NCBI GenBank assembly: GCA_000004695.1
Contig: CM000152.2
Span: 5,824,001 to 5,888,000 of the forward strand
Source of the DNA: Dictyostelium discoideum
Taxonomy: Eukaryota
Direction of reading: 5' to 3'
DNA length: 64,000 nucleotides
Positions 25,988-43,689 of the stretch are shown piece by piece (positions within the stretch are counted from its first letter, which is position 1; each line of letters begins with the position of its first letter). Under the pieces are notes generated by a model. The model saw only the letters and a program-made list of their open reading frames with translations. It did not search any database and was not told the DNA's origin. A program made the position numbers and the translations under genes.

Positions 25988-26358
25988 TTTTAAAAATAAT
26001 TTAATATGAATAATTAATTATTTAATTATATAAAATGGTTATTATAATAAAATTTAATAAAATACATACTTTGTAAAAATGCTTCTTTTTTTTGTTTTCT
26101 TTTATCTTTTTTTGAAATTAATTGTGGTCTTTTATCTATATGTTTATTTTCATTATTATTATTATTATTTTCATTATTATCATTATCATAATCTAGTTTA
26201 CCACTTGGTATTATATTTTTATTTAATGATTTAAAATTATTTGCAAGTGTTGATGTATCTAATTTAATTGAAGGTATATGAACAAATGATGTTTTCTCCG
26301 CTTTTGCAAATTCATCCTCTACTTTATATTTTTTAGTTTCTTTTGTTTCTTTTGGCAT
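25588..26358 (-). CDS. Candidate two-exon gene (26070..26358 and 25588..25946) for a basic protein, possibly SLX9-like (ribosome biogenesis).
   Basis: ORF 26026..26358 (MPKETKETKKYKVEDEFAKAEK…) has a GTATGT donor after CAAA at 26070. The only in-frame acceptor is an AG at 25947-25948 that follows a 40-nt poly(A) run. The join gives …EAFLQKFNPSLKLQKKKQQDDDESNDGLGMGGVLSSIDLL…KKMSLKEANQYKNVLSHPSFKANPFATLQEHLANS…. The HP(S/A)FKANPFAT(L/I)(Q/R)EH motif recalls the Slx9 family; this is a from-memory resemblance. The acceptor is unusual because Dictyostelium introns normally end T-rich. Confidence 0.35.
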
Positions 26359-26861
26359 TTTATTTTATCTTTTATAATGAATCTTTATTCTTTTTTTTTT
26401 TTTTTACAGCAATATACAATTTGGTTTTTTTTTTAAAAAAAAATAAATAAAAAAAATAAAAAAAACTGATTCGGCCATCGTTTTTTTTTTTTTTTTTCTC
26501 TTTTTTTTTTTTTTGTGCAAAAAAAAAAAAATAAGAAAAAAATAAAAAAAAAATAAAAAATCCAAAATTCAAAATTCAAAATCCAAAATCCAAAATCCAA
26601 AATCCAAAATCCAAAATAATTTCCAGTGTTTTTAAAAATAGAAAAATAGAAAAATAGAAAATTTTAAATGTATGAAAAGAAATGGTAATAAATGATTTTA
26701 TTAATTTTTCTTTTTTAATTAGTTAGGGCTCATCGATTTTCTGTTTTTTTTTTTTCTTCTTCTTTTCTATTTTTTTTTTCAGTTTGGTTCAGTTAGGGAA
26801 ATAAATATTTTTGTTATTATTGTTTTGTTACTATTAGTTTTTTTTTTTAAATTTTTTTTTA

Positions 26862-29669
<2,808 letters not shown>

Positions 29670-29687
29670 ATTAATTAAAATGGAGGG

Positions 29688-29740
<53 letters not shown>

Positions 29741-30988
29741 TAAAAAAAAGTTTGGTGGTCACCTCTTTTTCTGTTTGTGATTTTTTTTTTTTTTGTTTTT
29801 ATTTTTATTTAATTTTAATTTAAATTTTAATTTTAATTTTTTTTTTAATTTTTTTTTTGGGATAGAAGTCGAATTGCCGAAACGATACGAGTCTCTAAAT
29901 GAAAATAGGGCTGACAAAAATAAAAAAAGCGAAAAAAAAAAATAAAAAAATAAAAAAAAAAGAAAAAAAAAGAAAAAAAAATAAAAAAAAATCAAAAAAA
30001 GAAAAAAAAAACTGGTTTTGGAATGGAACCTACTTTTTAATTTTCTTTTGTTTTTTTTTTTTTATTTTTTTTTAAAGAAAAAAAATTTATTATTTTTTAT
30101 TATTTATTATTTATTATTTATTATTATTAATTTATTATAATAAAAGCTTTTATTTCTTTTTTTTTTTTCCTTGAATGATGAAAAATGAGAATGAAAAAAA
30201 AAAAAAAATAAAATAAAAAATAAAAAAAAAAAAAAAAAAATAATTGAAAGTAACAGTCCAAAAATTTTTTTTTTTATTTTTTTATTTTTTTTTTAATTTT
30301 TTTATTTTTTTATTTTTTTGGTGGGGGAAAAAGTCCACAAGCATAAAATTTTTTTTTTTTTTTGACAACAGATATTTTTTTTTTGTATTTTTGTTTAATA
30401 TACAATACAAATTTTTTTTTTTTTTATTTAATTTTAAAAAATAAATTATATTACTATTATTATTATTATTATTATTGAAACTACTATTTTTTAATGTAAT
30501 ATTCGCGAATCCGTCCTAAAAATATATTTTTTTTTTTGGGCATAGATTTTTTTTTTTTAATCTTTTTTTTTTTTTTCAAATTTTTTTTTTTTTTCGCATC
30601 CAAAAATATCTCATTGGTGATTATTTCCATTATAATAATTAAATCATTTCAATTTAATATATAAAAAAAAAAAAAAAAAAAAAAAAAATTATAAAATAAT
30701 TAATAAAAAAAAACAAAAACTGAAAAATAAATAACCAGTTTTTGTTTATTCAATAATATATAAAATCTAAAAAATATACGAATAATATGCAAACTTATTT
30801 GAATTCAATCCTCTCCCCTGTCTCACTTGTTTATTAAAACCATATATAAATTTTTTTTTTTTTTTTTTTTTTATCTATATTTAATAAAAATAAAAATAAA
30901 TATTAAATAATAAATATTAGATGATAATATATTAATTCTTTTTTTTTTTTTTTTTCCAAAAACCAAAAACCATCCACACAAAAACATC

Positions 30989-31028
<40 letters not shown>

Positions 31029-31097
31029 CTTTTCGAATTTAATTTTTTTTTTTTATTTTTTTATTTTTTTTAACACACACAACCAATAATAAAAATA

Positions 31098-34238
<3,141 letters not shown>

Positions 34239-34324
34239 TAAACATTTTATTTATTTATTAATTAATTAATTTATTTATTTAATTGTTTTTTTTTTTAAAT
34301 TTTTTTTTATTTTTTTTTATTTAT

Positions 34325-35386
34325 TTATTCTAATAAAATACACCAATCAATATTTGGTTTAATTGTTTTTGAATTATTTAAAGTTGAAACAGCCATATGA
34401 CCAGCAAAGAATTCTGTATTATATTCAGTACCATTATCATCGATTTTAACAGGTACAAAGAGGAAACCTCTTGGGACGTCATTGGTATTGACAAAGATCC
34501 AATCAGTGTTGAATTTTCCTCCTCCAAATTCATGTCTTTCTTTATTTTTACCCATCCATTTACCATCATTATCAAAAACACAGAAAGCTGTAATCCAACC
34601 ACTGATATAACGTGGACCTGAGCCTGCACCTTCTTGACTGGCAATACGATTCCACCATTCAATATCTGGTTTACCATTGACGGAACTAATGATTTTATCA
34701 ATGATTGGTGAGAGCATTTCAGACCAATCTTTCATAACTGAACCATCTTTATTATCTTTGAAATCAAATTCTTTTAATTTTTCAATTCTATTCTTTATAT
34801 CGACCCAATCATCGAGGGTACCCTCTAATGTTACCTCTGGTAAACCACACATTAAACACATTTTAAAGTCAAAGTAACTTTTAACGGTTGCCATTAATGC
34901 AATTGATGCTGCCATTGTATCGTTTGGAGTTGTAGTTGAAAATGGTTTGTTTGCCCATTCTCTAATTGATGGATCTTTGATATTCTTTTCAATTTCTTGA
35001 GTCATTCTAATGGTTAATGATTGATAATCTGCTGTCATCAATTTTCCACCACCCCTTACTACCAATTGTTTTTTTCCTTGGAAATCAACAATCTTACTTC
35101 TTAATTGTTCAGCGTTGGCATTTAAATATGACGAGAATTGTACCAAAATTGCCATCCAAATATCATCTGGACGAATGATTAAAGAATGGTGATTTGAATA
35201 CGCAATGAACGAACTTAAAACAAATGAATTACCGCCTACACTCTTTGAAATACCTTCTTTGATACTACTTCTAACTACTTTTCTTTCTGGTTCATTTGGT
35301 TTACCACCATACAATTTTTGGTGTGAAAAATCTAATCCTTTGAATTCACTCTCTCTTACATTTGCTACTTTAAATGTTATAGACAT
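34325..35386 (-). CDS. Conserved hypothetical globular protein (353 aa), possibly DUF4419-type.
   Basis: Clean non-repetitive ORF. Normal amino-acid composition unlike its neighbours: MSITFKVANVRESEFKGLDF…IRPDDIWMAILVQFSSYL…WWNRIASQEGAGSGPRYISGWITAFCVFDNDGKW…. The family call is a from-memory impression, not a computed match. Confidence 0.5.
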   Translation of the reverse strand: MSITFKVANVRESEFKGLDFSHQKLYGGKPNEPERKVVRSSIKEGISKSVGGNSFVLSSFIAYSNHHSLIIRPDDIWMAILVQFSSYLNANAEQLRSKIVDFQGKKQLVVRGGGKLMTADYQSLTIRMTQEIEKNIKDPSIREWANKPFSTTTPNDTMAASIALMATVKSYFDFKMCLMCGLPEVTLEGTLDDWVDIKNRIEKLKEFDFKDNKDGSVMKDWSEMLSPIIDKIISSVNGKPDIEWWNRIASQEGAGSGPRYISGWITAFCVFDNDGKWMGKNKERHEFGGGKFNTDWIFVNTNDVPRGFLFVPVKIDDNGTEYNTEFFAGHMAVSTLNNSKTIKPNIDWCILLE

Positions 35387-35629
35387 TGTTGTTATTGTTC
35401 TGCTGTTGTTGAAAAAATGGAATTAATAAAAAAAAAAAAAAAAAAATTTATATAGTTAATAAAAAACAAAAAAAACAAAAAAAAAAAAAACAAAAAAAAC
35501 AAAAAAAAAAAACAAAAAAAAAAAATTAAAATTTAATTTAAAAAAATAAAATAAAAAATAATTTAATTGAAAATTACTTTCTCGGGTGGGAAATTCAAAG
35601 TAAAATTTCGTAAGGTCCGAGCGTTGAAA

Positions 35630-35665
<36 letters not shown>

Positions 35666-35830
35666 AAAATAATAGTTTTTTTTGGAATTTGGACTCATTT
35701 GTTTTTGTTAATTAAAAACATTTAATGATTTTTTTTTAATTAAAAAAATAAAAAAAAAAAAAAATCTTTTAATTTTTTTTTACAATTGTAAAAATACCTT
35801 ATCTAATTTTAATGTTGTATAATAATTTAT

Positions 35831-37526
35831 TTATTTATGATCTCTTTCAATTACTTGACATGACCATTGTTTTGGTCTAATTGAATTAATTGTAAAAGCT
35901 TCTTCTGATATTGGTGTATTGTCAATTGGTTGGAATTCAAAAGACTGGAATAATCTAGAGAATATAATAAACAATTCATCGATAGCAAATGACATGAATG
36001 GACATGTTCTAATACCAATATCAAATGTCATATGAAGGATTTCAGGATTATCACCAATGTAACGATTTGGATTGAAAGTTAATGGGTCTTTGTGATATTG
36101 TGGATCAAAGTTGAATGAATGTGCATTTGGTATGATTAATGTACCAACTGGAATAGTATAACTTTCACCTTTGGCACTACATTCATGTTTTAAAACAATT
36201 GGATCATTAACAACACGTGAAGCAATAATAGGTTGAATTGGTCTTAATCTATGAATTTCTTTAATTGATGCATTTAACAATGGATACTTTTGTTTATCAA
36301 CTAAAACTGGTAATCTAATACCAACATCTAATAATTCTGTACGTATTCTATCTTGCATCTCTTTTCTATTTGTCATCATTAATGTAAACCAGTCCTGTAT
36401 TTATATAAACAACAAAATAATTAGTAACTATTGTTTGGGTAGCACTTTCACATTAATGTATAATTACCATTGTTCTAGCAGTTGATTCAGTACCACCTAT
36501 AAACATATCCATTAAGAAATGTGGCAAATGTTCATATGTAATTAATTTTGGTTCATCTTGATCTAATATACAATTTATCATATGATCTAATGCACATTTT
36601 GGATTATTTCTGTCGTGTTGTTTTAAATATTTCTCTAAAAATGGTTTAACCAATGCATACATTTCTTTAACTACACCATCAATATCTTTATACTGTTCGG
36701 TCAATCGATAATTTACAAATTAATAAATTATACATACTACACTATTAATAATAATAATAAATAAAATACATACACTTGTAAATATTTCAAATATTGGCAT
36801 TAAATCTGATGCTTTTTGACAACTTGCAATTATTTTTTCAGTACACACTAATAAAGAATCAATTAATGGATCAGTAAATTCTAAATCTGTACCAAATTGA
36901 AAATTGAAAATAATACTAATTGTAAGTCTTTTAAATTCAGGCTCCAATGTAACCTATACAAATAAATAAATTAATATGTGTGCAGTTGTAATTTATATAA
37001 TTATTATTGATTTGATGGTACATACGATATTATTATTTGATTTGATTAATTTTTTAATATGATTTTCAAATTTTAAATATTGAGTATGAAATATTTTATC
37101 CAATACTTGTTGACCCATTTTATTTTTTGAAAATGAAATTACAATGAATGATCTTAACTTTTTCCATTCATCAGGACTACATCCTAAAATACTTTTACCT
37201 TGAGCGTATCTTTTAATTGATGGTGTATGAAATCTTTCGAAAACACTATCACTTTGTTCTATTACAACTTGTTTAATTAATTTTGGTGAATTTAAAACAA
37301 TACAATCATGTTGACCAAATTTAATGAAATAAAAATCTTTATATTTGTCATAAAATTTATCAAAACTTTTATGAAATCTTTCTTTATCAAATGCATATAA
37401 TGCACCTAATAATGGTAAATTGAATGGACCTTGTACTTTTCGTAAATCATTTTTACCACCATTATTTAATAAATATTTATTTACAAAAATTACTGTTAAA
37501 ATTATTATTACTATAGTTAATATCAT
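35831..37526 (-). CDS. Cytochrome P450 monooxygenase, four exons: 37026..37526, 36774..36953, 36468..36692, 35831..36394. 489 aa.
   Basis: Exon 1 has an N-terminal membrane anchor MILTIVIIILTVIFV plus proline hinge LRKVQGPFNLPLLGALY. Donors are GTATGT (37025), GTATGT (36773) and GTAATT (36467). Acceptors are TATAG (36954), ACAG (36693) and ATACAG (36395); all junctions are phase 0. Exon 3 carries the I-helix FIGGTESTARTM. Exon 4 carries ExxR-like and heme-binding FDIGIRTCPF. Total coding length is 1470 nt. Confidence 0.8.
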
Positions 37527-37726
37527 TGTGTGTTATTATTAATTTATTGGTTTTTATGAATATGAAAAAAAAATAATAGTGGTCTGTGTGTGTTTAAATA
37601 TAAAAAAATTTCATTTTTAATTGAATAAAAAATAAAAAAAAAAATAAAAAAAAAAAATAAATAATTTTAAATAAATTTAATTTTTTAAATTATTATTATT
37701 ATTGAATTATATTTATTTATTTTGAA

Positions 37727-37765
37727 TGTTGTAGGGAATTTTCAATAAAATTTCACTACACAGCG
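37727..37765. repeat. Left arm of a perfect 39-bp inverted repeat (tgttgtagggaattttcaataaaatttcactacacagcg).
   Basis: The exact reverse complement recurs at 38982..39020. Neither flank extends the match. Confidence 0.8.
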
Positions 37766-38981
37766 TTCATCATCATCCATTGGCATATTAATAATATTAA
37801 CTGGTAATAGTAATGGCGAATCTAATTGTTGTTGTTGTGGTGATGTTGTTGTTTTTGTTGTTGTTGAAGAAGATGAAGAAGATGAAGAAGATGAAGATGA
37901 TCTTAATTGCAGTGGTTGTAGTTGATTTATTACATTCTTCAATTGGTTCCTCTGGAATTGCATGCTTCAGTTTCTTGTTTAGTTAATTCTTTACTTGGTT
38001 TAATTTCTTGTAAAATTTGACTAGCCGTTGTTACATTATGTTGATTTAAATCTTGTGAGGAAGATAAAGAATTCTCTGCATTAACTTTTAATTGTAAAAT
38101 ATCAAATGGTGATAATACTTCAGGTGCTTCATCAATCATTTTGGATGATTGTTACTATTATGTTGTTGTTGTTGTGATGATGATGATATTGATAATGATC
38201 AAGATGAAGCTGATTGATGATTTTTTCTTTCTTTACCAAGGAAATCAGTTGATCAATTCAAAGAAGAATTTAATTTTGGCATCATATTGCACCGACTGAT
38301 GGTTTGCGTTGAATAAAACTTGTTGATCTGGTGATGATGGTATACCCCTAATTGTTGGGGATTATCCAACTGATACACTTGTAGTAGTATTACCACCAAT
38401 ATTATTACTACTAGTATTTAATGGAGTTGGAATTGGTGTCGATGCACTACTTAATGATGGTGAAGATTGAGCTGATGATATCACATTATTATTATTATTA
38501 TTTATTTTTTATTATTGATAACAACTGGAGTAACACTTAGAATTGTTTTGAAAGAAACCTTCACTATCTAATTTTGCTGCTTTTGTTCTTTCATCTTTTG
38601 AAATTAATACCCAATTAGTATTTTAATTTTGGTAATTCATTAATAACAAATAATATAAACTCTTCACATTTCTTTTAAATTAAATTATTTTCAAATGATA
38701 AATATTTGAAGTTTTAGATTTCTTTAATGTTTGTTATTTGTTGTCCTTAAATTGAAAATATGAAAATAAAAAAAAAATGAAAAACAAAAACGAAAAAAAA
38801 AATGAGAAAAAAAAAAAAAAAAAAAAAAAAAACAATAAAAAAACTTAAATAGAACTAATAATCAAATAAAAGATAATTTAATAAACTTTATTTGTTTTTT
38901 TGAAAAAAAAAAAATTTAGGGTCAGTGATTTTTTTTTTTTCACTACGCTACTGTAGTGAAATTAAATAATAAAATTCACTG
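37766..38981 (-). pseudogene. Decayed coding sequence (S/T/N-rich, multiple frameshifts and stops) lying between the 39-bp inverted repeats.
   Basis: Minus-strand translation gives protein-like segments (…SAQSSPSLSSASTPIPTPLNTSSNN…, MIDEAPEVLSPFDILQLKVNAENSL…, MQFQRNQLKNVINQLQPLQLRSSSSS…). These sit in three different frames with internal stops. The last ORF terminates inside the left IR (…CVVKFY*). No consistent splice solution found. Confidence 0.3.
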
Positions 38982-39020
38982 CGCTGTGTAGTGAAATTTT
39001 ATTGAAAATTCCCTACAACA
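38982..39020. repeat. Right arm of the 39-bp inverted repeat. Preceded by a 22-bp direct duplication (cactacgctactgtagtgaaatt / cactgcgctgtgtagtgaaatt).
   Basis: Direct reading of the sequence at 38941..39020. Confidence 0.8.
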
Positions 39021-39090
39021 ATTACAAAGTCGTATTATAAATTATTACGTTTCAGAATTATTTTCAAATCAAGAAGAATCATCTCAAACA

Positions 39091-39633
39091 ATGATTGATA
39101 CAGTTGAACGATTTCAAACAAATCATCAAACAATACCATATTTTGAAGACGTTAGGCCATTAACGGAAGGTTCATTCAGTAAAGATGGTTGTTGGATGTT
39201 AAGTAAATCTCAATGTTTAACAGTAGATCAACAACCATACTATAATGATGTTGGTTTGGGATTGGATTGGATTGTTGATTTGTACACAAAGACCACATTA
39301 AAAATGATTTATACAAATCCAATTGAAAGATCAAAAACAAGCGAAGAATATTTATGGTTACAAACTGTTTCACCAACAATTATGACATTTGGATTAGACA
39401 TTGCCACATTCTATTTTTCCTATTATTTAGCAAATCAAGAATGGTCAACTCTAGTTTTAACTTCAATTTTATCAGTCTCTTGTGTATTATTACTATTAAT
39501 TTATGTTGCTTTATTTAGACCATATTTAAAGTTCCTTAGAGTTCAACATATTCATACATTGGCTTTATTAAGACTTGCTCCTGATGATATTAGGTACATG
39601 GAAATTAGTGATAAAATAATTGGTGAAGATTAA
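39091..39633 (+). CDS. Hypothetical 180-aa protein with C-terminal hydrophobic segments.
   Basis: ORF starts immediately downstream of the right IR arm. Normal composition. Two predicted TM-like stretches (IMTFGLDIATFYFSYYLA, LVLTSILSVSCVLLLLIYVALF). No family recognised. Confidence 0.35.
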   Translation: MIDTVERFQTNHQTIPYFEDVRPLTEGSFSKDGCWMLSKSQCLTVDQQPYYNDVGLGLDWIVDLYTKTTLKMIYTNPIERSKTSEEYLWLQTVSPTIMTFGLDIATFYFSYYLANQEWSTLVLTSILSVSCVLLLLIYVALFRPYLKFLRVQHIHTLALLRLAPDDIRYMEISDKIIGED

Positions 39634-41572
39634 AAAAAATACATAAAATAAATTATTTCTCAAATTGTAAAAAAAAAAGATTCACATTTTAAATTTGCAA
39701 CACAAATGAAATAGGTTGTAAATTTCACTGCCTTTTTTATTCTTTTGTTTATTCAACACTACTATTTTATTATTTAGTTTTTTTTAATTGTTTTTTTAAT
39801 ATCAAATTAATTTTTCATTCCTCAAAAAATATTAAATTTATAATTCCTTCAGGATCAATACAAATACCATTTGAAGATGGAAGATGAACCACTTTCTCCA
39901 TCACACATTCTCGATACGTTGGTGAATAATAGTAATTTTAAAAAAGATTTTAATAATGACACAGCATTAGTGATTTAGAATTTTTAGCAATTGATGGTAA
40001 AGATGAAATAAAAATAAATAAAGATACTAAAATTTTATAAAAGTTAACTTTTGGGTACAATGAAAAGAGTGAATTAAGAATTCTTTTTTTTTGATAATTC
40101 AACAGACATTTTTGCTGATGCATGAAATTGTGTGATTAATTGGTCAACTGATTCTCTTTCATATATGTTAATTGATGATTCTTGTGTTGGAAAATACATT
40201 TCGTCAATAATTTTAAATGGTGGTGAGCGAGGTGATATAATTTCAAAAATTATTCAAATTGTTGAAAACCATTCATCTTTTATAAATGATTTTTATTCAT
40301 CTGGCAAAGAAATTGATAGTAGTAATATGATAAACTGTGTTAAATTATTGGCATATCAATTTGGTTCAATTCAAGGTGGAATAGATTCCAAAATTGTTAT
40401 TCAAAAATATAGATACAAGAACTGGAACCAATTGGTATATTTTAAACCAACTGGTAATATTAAAATTTTAAATGTCAATTAAATCAATCAAAAGGTTTTC
40501 AATTGGGATGGTTTTACAAATAAAGATAGTCAAGGGTATTTTTTAATTGGATCATCATATCTTGTAAAATAATGATATTGACAAGATAAAGAAATTAAAA
40601 CAAATAGAGAAATTATAAAAAAAAGAATATAATATACGAAGAAGATACTCGAGATTATGAAGATATCATTGATCCAGAAAACATAATTCAAGATGAAAAG
40701 GATCAAGATTATGATTATGATTAAATTACTGAAGAATCTAATTTTGAAGAAAATCAAATTTAATAAATAAATAAAAAAAATTATGATATACAACAATGAT
40801 TTGGTTTTAAATATATTGTTATTATATTTTGGACTATTGTCACATATGTAATATTATCGATTATCTAAACCTCGATATAAATTTAATAAACTCCAAATGT
40901 AAAATATACAGATAAAAAATTGAATTTATAAACAGGTAATAAAATATGGGATAAACAGGAAATTATATTAAGATCAAGTTCATTTATATAAATATTTTAA
41001 AATATGGAAATCATGACATTCCACTACGAATATGTGAGCTAACAATGTTATGAATTTGGTGAACGATAATCCTCTCCCATCACCGCTGAAAACTATATTG
41101 TCATTACTAATATTGTTCATTATTACTATTATTTATGTTTTATTTTACCTAATTATTTTTTTTTTTTTTATTTTTATTTTTTTTTTATTTTTTAAATTTA
41201 TTATTACGCACGATATTTGTTTTGATCAACTGCTATGTCACCAAATGTAATAACCACTGTTAATCTATTAATTACAGAATTATGTTATTAAGGTCTAAAC
41301 TTACTAAATGAATTACACACTACAAAGATTATGTTTTATAAATATGATGAATGATCGACCACTTTATTTAATGTTATTTTATGTGTATTTATACTCTTAT
41401 GTTTTATGCTAGCTAATCATTACTCGTTGCAATAGAACCTTCTAGAAAGCATGTTGATTCATTAAAGATATTTATTGATTACTTGAAAACCTTACGAAAC
41501 ATCGTAACCCTAACTTAACTATGTACGAAACCATGTTTTTTTTTTTTTTTTTTTTTGAATGTACGAAACCAT

Positions 41573-41897
41573 TTTTTTTTTTTTTGAATTGGATAACGCA
41601 ATTATTATTTGCTTCTCCTTGAGATGCTAGATCTCATTTTATTTTTTTTTTTTTTTTACAGGGTCTTTTTGATTAAAACATCTTTTTTGTCCAAACTTTT
41701 TTCTAAATCTTTTTTTATTTTATCGTCTGGTTCGTGATTGATGTTTATGACGTATTTGAATTGTTTTTTTTTTAATTGAGTTTTATCCACAATTTCGCTT
41801 ATTTTTTGTAGGCATTTGTGTTGCTTAATATTTGTGGTGTTGTTTGTGATTTTCATTTTATTTTCTTTCTATCTTTTTTATTTTTCTGATTAACTTG

Positions 41898-41939
<42 letters not shown>

Positions 41940-43645
41940 TTATAGAAAGTACTGAGTGAATTATTGTATTTTTTGAGATGTTTAGGAAGTTCTATTGCGG
42001 GTGTTGATGATGATTTGTGACACCCCTTGTCCTGTTTTATCAATTGGTGCGTGGTGTGTTATTTTGTTTTTATATTGTTGATTTATTGAGTAAATTTTAT
42101 TTGTTTTTATATTTGTTTCAGTTAGAAGTGCTGCGTCCAGCTTGTTGTTGTCTAAAACGGTGTTTATTATGCTGGCAGATTGGATGGTATTGGATCCTTG
42201 GACGTTCCAAACACCTATTCTTATTGTGTTTTTCTTTATAGTTTTATTTGGGGTAGATTTTTATCTACCTTTTGAAGTTTCTGGTTTATTTTGTCTTCTA
42301 ACTGATCTTTACTTTGTTCATTGTGTTGTTGGTCTTGTGTGTTTGTGGGGTTTTTTGATTTATTGATTTGTTTTAGAATTTCCTTGTTGAAGTTGTCTAT
42401 ATCTTCATCCATTTTTGTTTTTATGCTTTTTTGTCCATATTCACCCAATTTTGGTTTGACTGGTGTTTTGTTGGTCTTGTTTGTTTTGTCTTGTTGTTTC
42501 TTTTTTGGTGTGTTTAACAATTTACTTGGTGAATCGATAATTTTCGATGGTGTACCATAGGTTGGGCTGAAACTCATGATATGTTTTATTGGAGAGGAGA
42601 AGAACCATTGATTTGAAGGGATTGAAAGTGGGAATTCTATTTTTCTTATTGCATCAGTGTTTGGGCTGGTGAAGTCGAAGATATCATTTGCCTCTCTAAG
42701 TTTTTCTTCCGTTGTTAGTCCCTTTGTTTCGCCGTGTTGTTTTATTGGTGTATTGTATGGAGATGGTGGTTCGATAGGTTTTTCTGATTTTGTTTTAATT
42801 TCTTGATTGTTTATCGATTGGGTATTGATCTCATTCTCTATTCTTGTTAGTTCATCTACGTTTTCTAGTGATGCTTCTATTACCTTTTGAGCTGTATCAT
42901 CTAGGGCCATAAATGTTTTATCATTAGATGAGGATGTGATTGGTGGGATAATGATTGTTCTTTTTCCTTGTTTTGGTATTTGTTCTGATGTAGATTGTGG
43001 TTGTTGTTCATCTGATTGTTTTTTATTTTTGTTTTCTTCTTGATTTTCTGGTAATGAGGTTTGATCTCTCCATCCTTTGTTGGAGTGTCCAATTAATGTT
43101 AGATTGTCTAGTTCAATGATAGTGTCAAATTCTTCTACGACTCTTTTCACTGTTTTGATAATTAGAGTTTCGCCTTTAATTTCTGATTTAATTAGTTTAC
43201 ATCCTTCATTTTCTATTACCCATTCTATTTCATTGTGGTATTTATACCAATCAAAATCTCTGCATCTATTTTTTGGTCTTATAGTGGTTATAAATTGTCC
43301 TTTTAATTCTGCATCAAACATATTTACAAAATAGATTACTGTACTAATACTGTCTGTGAGAATTTTGAATGTATTATTACTTTTGATTAAAACATCTTTT
43401 TTGTCCAAACTTTTTTCTAAATCTTTTTTTATTTTATCGTCTGGTTCGTGATTGATGTTTATGACGTATTTGAATTGTTTTTTTTTTAATTGAGTTTTAT
43501 CCACAATTTCGCTTATTTTTTGTAGGCATTTGTGTTGCTTAATATTTGTGGTGTTGTTTGTGATTTTCATTTTATTTTCTTTCTATCTTTTTTATTTTTC
43601 TTTAAAAAGTTAAAAATCTGGAAATTTTCTAATTAACTTGGTTCC

Positions 43646-43689
<44 letters not shown>

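Noticed and set aside
29670-29762. N-terminal extension MTTKLFFTL(F)16… of the E2F-like ORF
   Set aside because: Begins at a GTG and is a translation of the poly(A) tract 29691..29737. The first genuine ATG is at 29669.
41656-41856. Apparent second and third copies of TRE5-A ORF1 N-terminus (also 45082..45264) as independent truncated elements
   Set aside because: They are the 3'-UTR B-module copy that is a normal part of each TRE5-A (A–B–ORF1–ORF2–B–C layout). Not separate insertions.
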